From Bacilli bacterium (GTDB lineage Bacteria > Bacillota_I > Bacilli_A > RFN20 > CAG-826), in contig JAKSVE010000004.1 of assembly GCA_024408295.1 (NCBI GenBank), positions 396 through 64,395 on the forward strand: a DNA stretch of 64,000 bases, written 5' to 3'. The position numbers were made by a program, and so were the translations under genes. Numbering within the stretch: the stretch's first letter is position 1; the number at the start of each line of letters is the position of its first letter. The notes beneath the pieces were generated by a model. The model searched no databases, was not told the origin of the DNA, and saw only the letters and a program-made list of their open reading frames with translations. Shown here in pieces: positions 29,596 through 37,761 of the stretch.

Positions 29596-30212
29596 TATTT
29601 CATCGCTTTCTTGATTGCCTCGAATGCATCATTGAAGACTTCATCAGGTGACTTGCTAGCGTCGATGACGGCAAATCTTTCAGGGAACATACTGGCAACC
29701 TTTTTGAATGATTCCCTTACTTTGTGGTGGAAGGAAATCTTCTCGACATCGAGTCGGTTAACTTCTCTTCCTGCGTTGGCGGCGATTCTTCTTAGACCTT
29801 CCTCTGGTTCGATGTCGAAGAGGATGGTTACATCTGGCTGCATGCCTTCTGTTGCATAGAGGTTTACGTTATAAATCTCTTCAATTCCAAGATTTCTTGC
29901 TCCGCCTTGATATGCTAAAGATGAATCAAGATATCTATCACACAAGACGATCTTGCCTTCCTTAATCGCTGGGATGATCTTCTCAACTAAGTGCTGTCTT
30001 CTTGAAGCAGCATACAAAAGAGCCTCGGTTCTAGGATCCATTGCGGTATTTGCCTTATCAAGGATTACGTTTCTAATCTGCTCTCCGATTGGAGTGCCGC
30101 CTGGTTCTCTAGTTAAAATGACCTCGTGACCCATGTCCTCGAGAGCTTTTACGATACGTTTGATTGCGGTGGACTTTCCCGATCCTTCTCCGCCTTCGAA
30201 TGTGATAAACAT
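29595..30212 (-). CDS. tmk: Thymidylate kinase
   Basis: FITFEGGEGSGKST P-loop, DRYLDSSLAYQG. Confidence 0.9.
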   Translation of the reverse strand: MFITFEGGEGSGKSTAIKRIVKALEDMGHEVILTREPGGTPIGEQIRNVILDKANTAMDPRTEALLYAASRRQHLVEKIIPAIKEGKIVLCDRYLDSSLAYQGGARNLGIEEIYNVNLYATEGMQPDVTILFDIEPEEGLRRIAANAGREVNRLDVEKISFHHKVRESFKKVASMFPERFAVIDASKSPDEVFNDAFEAIKKAMK

Positions 30213-30214
30213 AA

Positions 30215-30811
30215 TTAAATCTTCTTTCTAGACTCGAATGCCTTGGCTAGCGTTAAAGAATCCGCATAGTCAAGAGATGCTCCCATAGGGAGTCCATAGC
30301 CGAGTCTTGTTATTTCGACTCCACGTCCGTCTAAGAGCTTCGCAATGAAGACGGCAGTGGTCTCTCCATCAAGCGTTGCGCTTGTGGCGAGGATGATTTC
30401 TTTGACATCGCCCTTATCAACCTTCTCAACGAGAGAATCGATTGATAAAGATTCGATGCTCTTGCCCTTAGATAAAGAGATAACACCTCCAAGCACGTGA
30501 TATACGCCATTGAAGGAGTTCATCTTTTCTAAAGCCAATACGTCTTTTGGTTCAGAAACTACAGCAATAACTGAATGATCTCTTCCTTTATCACTGCAAA
30601 TTTCGCATATTTCATCTTCAGTATAAACACCGCAACATGGGCATTTGTGGATATTCTCAACCGCCTGCTTTAGTGCTTCGCTGAATTCTCCGACATCCTC
30701 TGGGTCCATATTCAAAACCGCATAGGCCATGCGCTCAGCGCTCTTAACGCCGACTCCAGGTAATTTGGAGAATGAATTGGTAAGTTTTGTGATGGATGGG
30801 AGTTCTTTCAT
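30215..30811 (-). CDS. recR: Recombination protein RecR
   Basis: LPGVGVKSAERMAY HhH motif, C4 zinc finger CPCCGVYTEDEICEIC, Toprim region. Confidence 0.9.
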   Translation of the reverse strand: MKELPSITKLTNSFSKLPGVGVKSAERMAYAVLNMDPEDVGEFSEALKQAVENIHKCPCCGVYTEDEICEICSDKGRDHSVIAVVSEPKDVLALEKMNSFNGVYHVLGGVISLSKGKSIESLSIDSLVEKVDKGDVKEIILATSATLDGETTAVFIAKLLDGRGVEITRLGYGLPMGASLDYADSLTLAKAFESRKKI

Positions 30812-30817
30812 TTCAGA

Positions 30818-31114
30818 TTATCTCTTTGCCTGACCGGTGATTCTCTCATCAGCGGCATCGTGAGCTGCCTGGATCTGCTCCATGGCCTCGTTGATTGCCA
30901 TCATGATTGTGTCTTCGATCATATCCTTGTCATCTGGGTTTAAAGCGGCCTCATCGATTGTGATGCCGACGACCTGTCTATTTCCCTTGACTGATACCTC
31001 AACGATGCCAGCCTTCTTGACTTCGAATACCTGCTCGTCGATTTCTGCGTGTGCTTTAGCAAGCTCGCGCTGCATGCGCTGTGCCTGCATCATCATTTGT
31101 TGCATTGGATTCAT
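30818..31114 (-). CDS. ybaB: Nucleoid-associated protein YbaB/EbfC
   Basis: 98-aa ORF between dnaX and recR. MMQAQRMQRELAKA pattern. Confidence 0.85.
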   Translation of the reverse strand: MNPMQQMMMQAQRMQRELAKAHAEIDEQVFEVKKAGIVEVSVKGNRQVVGITIDEAALNPDDKDMIEDTIMMAINEAMEQIQAAHDAADERITGQAKR

Positions 31115-31120
31115 AGTGTT

Positions 31121-32788
31121 TTACTCCTGTATATTAATGTTTAATTCAATATCTTTTTTGCTTGGTAGCATGCCCATTGTCTGCAAGTTGAAGAACTTCT
31201 TCATGATGTTGTTCTTCTCGTTTGGATCAATAGCGTATACCTTAACTTTTCTACCAAGGACTGAAGCGACCATTTCCTGAATTGGCTTCTGGTTCTTGAT
31301 GATGTTTGCCTTGTTTCTCAACTTTGTGAAGTTATAGGCAAGGATCAAGACGTCTTTGCATAAGCAGAATGGATGTCCTTCGCTTAGGAGGGTTGCAAGG
31401 CTACCGAGTTTGAAGTCGTCTTTGTAATCCTCGAACTGTGTCCACTTGGCCACCAATTCTGTTCTTTCGGTCTTGTCAGCTAGAACCATGATCTTAATCA
31501 TCTCATCTTCACCAACGAGGTTCATGTCTCCTTCTGTTGCAATTGAAGGCGCAATGACATTTGGTTTTTCAACTTTCTTTGGTTCCACCTTAACTGGCTC
31601 TGGGGCTGGAGCAGGTGTTGGCTCAACAACCGGTGTTGGCTCAGGTGCTGGAGCTGGCTTAGCAACGACCCTAGGTGCTGGAGCAGGTGCAGGCGCTTCC
31701 TCAACTGCCTCAAGATTGGTTGATGACATTCTAAGAAGTGTCAATTCGAAGAGGGAACGGACGTCGGTAAGGTTCTTGATGTTGTTCTGTGCTTCGATTA
31801 ACTCGCTGACCATCTTATTGCAGAGTTTTGCAGGGATAACGGCCTTGAGCTGTTTTGCTTCATTTTCATCAATATCCTCGAGAAGATCTGCTAATCCGGT
31901 TCTTTCATAGATGAGCAAGTCTTTGAGAACACCAATCAATTCTCTAAGAAGTCTTCTGACATCGATACCTGCTGTGAGGTATGTCTCTGACTTTGAGACG
32001 ACTGTCTTAACGTCACCTGTTGCGATTGCACTCAATAATGAGACTTTTTCCTCCATGCTTGTTAAGCCGTAGATGGTAAGGACGTCATCTTGTTTGATTG
32101 AGCTGCCGCTATAAGCGAGGATCTGATCAACGATTGAGTAGGCGTCTCTCATACCGCCATCGGCAAGTGAGACAACGGAGCGAAGTCCGCTTTCATCGTA
32201 TGTAGCGCCTTCTTTATTGAGAATCTCAACGAGTTTATCTTTCATCTCCAAGTCGCTGATTCTTGAGAAGTCGAATCTCTGGCAACGTGACAAGATGGTT
32301 GGGAGAACCTTGTGAGGTTCGGTTGTGCAAAGGATGAACAAGACTCTTTCTGGTGGTTCTTCAAGTGTCTTGAGGAGTGCGTTGAACGCACCGGTGGACA
32401 TCATGTGTACTTCGTCGATGATGTAGACCTTATACTTACCTTTGAGAGGCGCGTATCTGACCTTCTCGATGAGTTCACGGACTTGATCAACGCCATTATT
32501 TGATGCGGCGTCGATTTCGACTACGTCTGGGTGTGTGCCTTCTGTGATGGATATGCAGTTGGAGCACTGGTTGCACTGGCAACCGGATCCCTGTTCACAG
32601 TCGAGAGCCTTAGCGAATAATCTAGCCATAGAGGTCTTACCTGTACCTCTAGGACCAGCGAATAAGTAGGCGTGGCCGATCTTCTCTTTTGAGATGGCGT
32701 TTTTAAGTGTTCTGACAATGGCTTTTTGGCCTGCGACCTCTTCAAATTTCTGAGGTCTATATGTTAAATAAAGTGCTTTGTATGACAT
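31121..32788 (-). CDS. dnaX: DNA polymerase III gamma/tau subunit
   Basis: HAYLFAGPRGTGKTS, zinc module CQCNQCSNC, YIIDEVHM, ILSRCQRF. Pro/Ala-rich linker. Confidence 0.9.
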   Translation of the reverse strand: MSYKALYLTYRPQKFEEVAGQKAIVRTLKNAISKEKIGHAYLFAGPRGTGKTSMARLFAKALDCEQGSGCQCNQCSNCISITEGTHPDVVEIDAASNNGVDQVRELIEKVRYAPLKGKYKVYIIDEVHMMSTGAFNALLKTLEEPPERVLFILCTTEPHKVLPTILSRCQRFDFSRISDLEMKDKLVEILNKEGATYDESGLRSVVSLADGGMRDAYSIVDQILAYSGSSIKQDDVLTIYGLTSMEEKVSLLSAIATGDVKTVVSKSETYLTAGIDVRRLLRELIGVLKDLLIYERTGLADLLEDIDENEAKQLKAVIPAKLCNKMVSELIEAQNNIKNLTDVRSLFELTLLRMSSTNLEAVEEAPAPAPAPRVVAKPAPAPEPTPVVEPTPAPAPEPVKVEPKKVEKPNVIAPSIATEGDMNLVGEDEMIKIMVLADKTERTELVAKWTQFEDYKDDFKLGSLATLLSEGHPFCLCKDVLILAYNFTKLRNKANIIKNQKPIQEMVASVLGRKVKVYAIDPNEKNNIMKKFFNLQTMGMLPSKKDIELNINIQE

Positions 32789-32818
32789 GGCTGGAATTAT
32801 TATAACGATTTCTCTTTC

Positions 32819-32834
32819 TTCTCACTAGTGAGAA
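32819..32834. promoter_or_regulatory. Perfect 16-bp palindrome in the dnaX/prfA divergent control region
   Basis: TTCTCACTAGTGAGAA read directly from the sequence. The function is unknown. Confidence 0.3.
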
Positions 32835-32861
32835 TCACTATACTCAATTACAATGTTTATG

Positions 32862-32870
32862 TGATATAAT
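32862..32870 (+). promoter_or_regulatory. Extended -10 promoter element for prfA
   Basis: TGaTATAAT at 32862-32870, about 22 nt upstream of the prfA ATG. AGGAG RBS follows. Confidence 0.45.
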
Positions 32871-32892
32871 CGCCACGCTTAGGAGATTTTTT

Positions 32893-33975
32893 ATGGAAGA
32901 AAGTATGCGCAAGAGGCTTGAAGCCACCAAAGTAAGATGTGAAGAAATTGATGCGGAGCTTGCATCCTCAGAAATCTCGAACGACATCCAGAAGTTAACA
33001 TCTCTTTCTAAAGAAAGAGCAGGACTTGATACAGCCTATCAGAAATACCTCAGATACCTCAAGTTAGAGGCTGACTTAGAAGACGCTATCCTCTTGATTA
33101 GCGAAAGCGATGACGAGATGGCTGCAATGCTAAAAGAAGAAAGAAAAGCCATGGAAGCAGAAATGGCCAACCTTGAAGAAACATTAAAAGTTGACCTCAT
33201 TCCTGTTGATCCTAACGATTCAAAGAACATCATTGTCGAAATTAGAGGCGCAGTCGGTGGAGATGAAGCAAACATCTTCGCAGGAGACTTGCTCCGTATG
33301 TATGCTAGATACGCAGAAAACATGGGCTGGAAGCTTCAGTTCCTTGATGGAGTTGAAGGTTCATCAGGCGGTTACTCATCAGTTTCCTTCATGGTCAAGG
33401 GTGAGAACGTCTACTCAAAGCTCAAATTCGAATCAGGTGCTCACCGTGTTCAGCGTGTCCCTAAGACCGAAGCTAGCGGACGTATCCACACATCAACCGC
33501 AACAGTTTTAGTCATGCCAGAAGCAGAAGAAGTCGATGTCCAGATCAACCCGGCAGATTTAAAGATCGATACATATCGTTCACAGGGTGCTGGTGGTCAG
33601 AACGTCAACAAGACTGAATCAGCAGTCCGTATTACCCATATCCCAACAGGTTTAGTCGTCTCATGTCAGACCGAGAAGGCTCAGCTCCAGAACAAGGAAA
33701 TCTGTATGAGAATGATTCGTGCAAAGGTCCATGATTACTATCAGTCACAGCAGGATGCCGCAATCGCTAATGAAAGAAAGCTCAAAGTCGGCACCGGTGA
33801 AAGAAGCGAAAAAATCAGAACCTATAACTACCCTCAGAACAGAGTCACAGACCACCGTATCGGATTCACAGTCAATCAGTTAGACAGAATCATGGAAGGT
33901 GAACTCGACTCAGTCATCGACGCACTCGTTCACTTCGACCAGGAACAGAAGATGCTCGAGGAGGCAGCTAAATAA
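32893..33975 (+). CDS. prfA: Peptide chain release factor 1
   Basis: GGQ motif in SQGAGGQNVNKTESAVRITH and PxT-type region. Confidence 0.9.
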   Translation: MEESMRKRLEATKVRCEEIDAELASSEISNDIQKLTSLSKERAGLDTAYQKYLRYLKLEADLEDAILLISESDDEMAAMLKEERKAMEAEMANLEETLKVDLIPVDPNDSKNIIVEIRGAVGGDEANIFAGDLLRMYARYAENMGWKLQFLDGVEGSSGGYSSVSFMVKGENVYSKLKFESGAHRVQRVPKTEASGRIHTSTATVLVMPEAEEVDVQINPADLKIDTYRSQGAGGQNVNKTESAVRITHIPTGLVVSCQTEKAQLQNKEICMRMIRAKVHDYYQSQQDAAIANERKLKVGTGERSEKIRTYNYPQNRVTDHRIGFTVNQLDRIMEGELDSVIDALVHFDQEQKMLEEAAK

Positions 33976-33976
33976 A

Positions 33977-34822
33977 ATGCCAACAATCGACGAAGCCCTC
34001 AAAGCAGCCCACGCAGAATGCAAGCCATATGACATAATGGCCCGCGATTTGCGAGTTTTAATCATGGCTAACGAAGGTTTCCACGATCAGATTGACGTCA
34101 TCTTCCACAAAGATAAAGAGATGACACAGTATGACTTATTCAGAACTCAGGTCGAAAGACTCAAGAAGAATGAGCCAGTCGAATATATCATTAACGAGGC
34201 TGAATTCCTTCAACACCGCTTATATGTTGACCATCGAGTCCTCATCCCACGCGGAGAAACGGAAGAACTCGTTTCTTTAATCAGCAAAAAGATTTCTAAA
34301 TACTACGAACCAAGAAATTATTTGGTTTGCGCTGAAATCGGAACGGGAAGCGGATGCATCACAGTGGCTCTGAAAGAATCATTTAAGAACTGGATAATCT
34401 ATCCAACCGATATTAAGCAGGACGCTTTGGATGTAGCAAAGATCAACTTTGCAAAAGAGGGCACAAGATGCGAACCACTATTGGGTGATGCATTAGAGCC
34501 GTTCATCGCAAAGAACATGCAGCTTGATATCATCGTCTCTAACCCACCTTATATTCTTAATAAAGAAGATGCGCAGGACTCAGTCATCGATTACGAACCT
34601 GCTAGCGCATTATGGATGGACAAAGAGAAAAACGTCTATAAATCAATATTCGAGAACTACGAGAAGGTCAAGAAAGGACCAATCTTCATGGCCTTCGAAA
34701 TCTCGCCTGACATCGTTGATTACTTGAAAGAAATCATGGCTAAGAACCTAAAAGATTACGAGTATGAGTTTGTTGATGACCTCAATGGACTTACCAGATT
34801 CTTGGTCGTATATTGTAAATAA
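33977..34822 (+). CDS. prmC: Release factor glutamine N5-methyltransferase
   Basis: ATG at 33977 (MPTIDEALKAA). SAM motif EIGTGSG and NPPY motif (VSNPPYI). Confidence 0.85.
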   Translation: MPTIDEALKAAHAECKPYDIMARDLRVLIMANEGFHDQIDVIFHKDKEMTQYDLFRTQVERLKKNEPVEYIINEAEFLQHRLYVDHRVLIPRGETEELVSLISKKISKYYEPRNYLVCAEIGTGSGCITVALKESFKNWIIYPTDIKQDALDVAKINFAKEGTRCEPLLGDALEPFIAKNMQLDIIVSNPPYILNKEDAQDSVIDYEPASALWMDKEKNVYKSIFENYEKVKKGPIFMAFEISPDIVDYLKEIMAKNLKDYEYEFVDDLNGLTRFLVVYCK

Positions 34823-34824
34823 TT

Positions 34825-35436
34825 ATGGCAGTCTTAGAACAAAAAGAATTGGAAATTGCGGCAAAAATCCTCAAAAATGGAGGGATTTTGGTATTTCCGA
34901 CAGAAACTGTCTACGGTATTGGAGTGGTCTATGACAACGAAGATTCCTTTACTCGTTTAGTAGAAACAAAGAAAAGACCACCAAACAAGCCATTCGCTTT
35001 GATGTGCTCATCAAGCGAAGAAGCATCGAAGTATATAGTGGTTAACGCCAGGGCAAAGAAGCTCATGGATAAGTATTTGCCAGGCGAGATTACTTTCCTT
35101 GTTAATGCAAGAAAGGATTTGCCTAGATGGGTTACACTAGGGACTGACGTCATCGGTATCAGAGTTCCAGATTCTAAGTATGTAGTTGATCTTATCGCAG
35201 AAGTTGGAAAGCCATGCTTAGTAACGTCTGCGAACATTTCAGGAGACCCAACCTCAAGATATTTTGAGGAAGTGTTGCCTATATTTGGCGATGTTGTTGA
35301 CGGGGTAGTCAAAGGTGAGTGCAACTCTTTGGTACCAACAACGATTGTGGATATAACCGGAGATGAATTAAAATTAGTTAGAGAAGGACCAGTTCCTTTT
35401 ATGGACATTAAAGATTATTGGGAGAAATTATCATGA
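34825..35436 (+). CDS. tsaC: L-threonylcarbamoyladenylate synthase (YrdC/YwlC type)
   Basis: GGILVFPTETVYGIG and TSANISG motifs. Confidence 0.8.
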   Translation: MAVLEQKELEIAAKILKNGGILVFPTETVYGIGVVYDNEDSFTRLVETKKRPPNKPFALMCSSSEEASKYIVVNARAKKLMDKYLPGEITFLVNARKDLPRWVTLGTDVIGIRVPDSKYVVDLIAEVGKPCLVTSANISGDPTSRYFEEVLPIFGDVVDGVVKGECNSLVPTTIVDITGDELKLVREGPVPFMDIKDYWEKLS

Positions 35437-35864
35437 TTATTGCAATTGGAAGCGACCACGCAGGATTTGAATTAAAAGAAATCGTTAAGAATGCGTTAGT
35501 AGAAGATGGATATGAAGTCATTGACTGTGGCACAAATTCTACAGCCAGCTGCGATTACCCAGTCTACGCTAGAGCAGTAGCAAACAAGGTTGTCTCAGGA
35601 GAGGCTAGATTTGGTGTCATCTGCTGCGGAACAGGCGAAGGAATCATGATGGCTGCCAATAAGGTCAAAGGCATCCGCTGCGGCATCGCATATGAAGATG
35701 AAGTTACTTCATTAATAAGACAACACAACGACGCAAACATGATTTCATTCGGTGCTAGATTCATGAAGACCGAAGATGTTTTAAGACGCGTAAAGATCTT
35801 CCTCACCACAGAATTTGAGGGCGGAAGACACGAAAATCGCAAAAATTTAATCGAAAACGCCTAA
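35433..35864 (+). CDS. rpiB: Ribose-5-phosphate isomerase B
   Basis: ATG at 35433 (MIIAIGSDHAGFELK). CGTGEGIMMAANKVKGIRC. Confidence 0.85.
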   Translation: MIIAIGSDHAGFELKEIVKNALVEDGYEVIDCGTNSTASCDYPVYARAVANKVVSGEARFGVICCGTGEGIMMAANKVKGIRCGIAYEDEVTSLIRQHNDANMISFGARFMKTEDVLRRVKIFLTTEFEGGRHENRKNLIENA

Positions 35865-35915
35865 TTTTTAAAAATTTTTGGTAAAAAATCCGAATTATCG
35901 CTCTAGTAATATAGT

Positions 35916-37073
35916 GTGAGCGATATTTTAGGTTTTGTTTGTCCACGCTGTGGAAATTCCGATCCGCGATACTTCGGACTATCCGCTGATGCTTCCCCAT
36001 ACTGCCGCAGATGCGTTGGATTCAAAGGCCAAATGGCCGAACCAAGGAAAAATATACTCACGCAGGTGGACCTTTGCCTGAAATATTCACTCTCGAAAGA
36101 GCAGAGGTCCATCTCCTCTAAGATAATAAGCAATTATATTAATAAGATAGATACGCTGGTGTATGCGGTGTGTGGAGCTGGAAAAACTGAGCTCTCTTTT
36201 GGTGTTATCAAGCACGTTCTAGAACATGGTGGGCAAGTTGGTTTTGCTCTTCCTCGTAGGGATGTTGTAATCGAACTTTATTGGCGTTTAAAAGAAGCGT
36301 TCCCAAATAACATTGTCACTGCAGTATATGGTCAGCACACTTCTAAGCTAACCGGGGACATTATAGTACTAACAACCCATCAGCTATACAGGTATGAGAA
36401 ATACTTCGATCTGATTGTGATGGATGAGATAGATGCATTTCCTTATAAGGGTGATGATGTATTGAACGCTATGTTTGTCAGGGCAAGGAGAGGTCCATGT
36501 GTTTTGATGTCGGCCACCCCAAGTGATGCCGTAATAAAGGAATATTCAAAGTCTAATCACGACATTGTCGAACTGCGAACAAGATTCCATAAGAAAGACA
36601 TACCAGTTCCGATAATCAAACTGGATTCCAAATTCTTTCAACGCGCATTCATCCTCAAGAAGATGAAGGAGTGGAACAAAGAAGGGAAGAAATGCTTCAT
36701 ATTCGCTTCAACAATCGAGGAATGCGAATCCCTATACTCCTTTATCCATCCATTCTTTAAAGATGGTGAGTACGTACACAGCAAAAGGGTGGATAGACCA
36801 GAGGTAATCAAGAGGTTTAAGGACGGTAAAACATGGTATCTAGTGACGACCTCTGTCCTAGAAAGAGGCGTCACGATCAAAAATCTTCAAGTGGTTGTCT
36901 ATGGAGCGGATGTTGAAGGTATATACGATAAGGCAACACTTATACAAATCGCAGGTCGTGCAGGCCGTAAGATTGACGCTCCTGATGGTGATGTATTCTT
37001 CCTTGGTGAGAAGAAGACTAAGAGCATGCAGGAGGCAGTGGATGAAATTAAGTACTGTAACACCTATCTGTAA
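35916..37073 (+). CDS. comFA: ComFA-like DEAD/DEAH-box helicase
   Basis: GTG start. N-terminal Cys4 (CPRCGNS...YCRRC), Walker A CGAGKTE, DEID box (VMDEIDAF), QIAGRAGR. Confidence 0.7.
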   Translation: MSDILGFVCPRCGNSDPRYFGLSADASPYCRRCVGFKGQMAEPRKNILTQVDLCLKYSLSKEQRSISSKIISNYINKIDTLVYAVCGAGKTELSFGVIKHVLEHGGQVGFALPRRDVVIELYWRLKEAFPNNIVTAVYGQHTSKLTGDIIVLTTHQLYRYEKYFDLIVMDEIDAFPYKGDDVLNAMFVRARRGPCVLMSATPSDAVIKEYSKSNHDIVELRTRFHKKDIPVPIIKLDSKFFQRAFILKKMKEWNKEGKKCFIFASTIEECESLYSFIHPFFKDGEYVHSKRVDRPEVIKRFKDGKTWYLVTTSVLERGVTIKNLQVVVYGADVEGIYDKATLIQIAGRAGRKIDAPDGDVFFLGEKKTKSMQEAVDEIKYCNTYL

Positions 37074-37725
37074 GGTGTGTATGAAAGATATTAAAGACGA
37101 GACTGTCGGCTCGCTTATCAATAACACGAATGTGATATGTTCTAGATGCTTCAAAGGTCTTCATCCAACTATCCAAAATTTCAGAGTTGGTGAGTTTAAG
37201 GCAACATCATTTTACGAGTATACAGAAACCGCAAAAGGTTTAATTTATAAATTTAAGGGGTGTTTTGACTATGAATTGAAAGATATTTTCTTTTTAAATC
37301 AAAAAGGATATATCAAGTTTATGTACAAGGATTGGGTTATGGTTCCAGCTCCGAGTTATCACGAAAAAGATGAGATTCGAGGATTCAATCATGTGGTGGA
37401 AATGTTCTCATCAATTGGTCTTCCTATAATCAATGGAGTAGTAAAAACAAAAGATGTGAAGCAGGCAGATCTATCAAGCAAGGAAAGACAAAGAATTGGA
37501 GAGTATCTCAAGTGGATTGATGGAGTGGATATACGGGGTAAAAACATCCTTTTCGTTGACGACATATTAACCACTGGTAGTACCGCACTTTCTATCTGCC
37601 AAATGCTCAAGCAACACGGGGCTAAAAAGGTGGAGATATTAGTAGGTTTCCACACTAAAAACACTAAAGTTTTTAATCTTTTTGAAAGAATTATTCGGTC
37701 TTTCGTTGCTTACGATTTATCGTAA
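37042..37725 (+). CDS. comFC: ComFC-like phosphoribosyltransferase-domain protein
   Basis: ATG at 37042 preceded by GGAGG. N-terminal Cys pairs. PRTase motif ILFVDDILTTGST. Confidence 0.7.
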   Translation: MKLSTVTPICKVCMKDIKDETVGSLINNTNVICSRCFKGLHPTIQNFRVGEFKATSFYEYTETAKGLIYKFKGCFDYELKDIFFLNQKGYIKFMYKDWVMVPAPSYHEKDEIRGFNHVVEMFSSIGLPIINGVVKTKDVKQADLSSKERQRIGEYLKWIDGVDIRGKNILFVDDILTTGSTALSICQMLKQHGAKKVEILVGFHTKNTKVFNLFERIIRSFVAYDLS

Positions 37726-37761
37726 TGGTATTATCTTAAGCGACTTTTAAAGGAGAATAAC

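Noticed and set aside
31121-32788. Programmed -1 frameshift in dnaX (A AAA AAG slippery site)
   Set aside because: The only A-AAA-AAG-like run (about 31150-31160 on the minus strand) lies within the last dozen or so codons of the gene, so it cannot generate a gamma subunit.
32789-32892. SRP (4.5S/scRNA) gene upstream of dnaX, as in Bacillus
   Set aside because: Only 104 nt are available, and I could not find the conserved domain-IV sequence or helix. The region looks like divergent promoters plus a palindrome.
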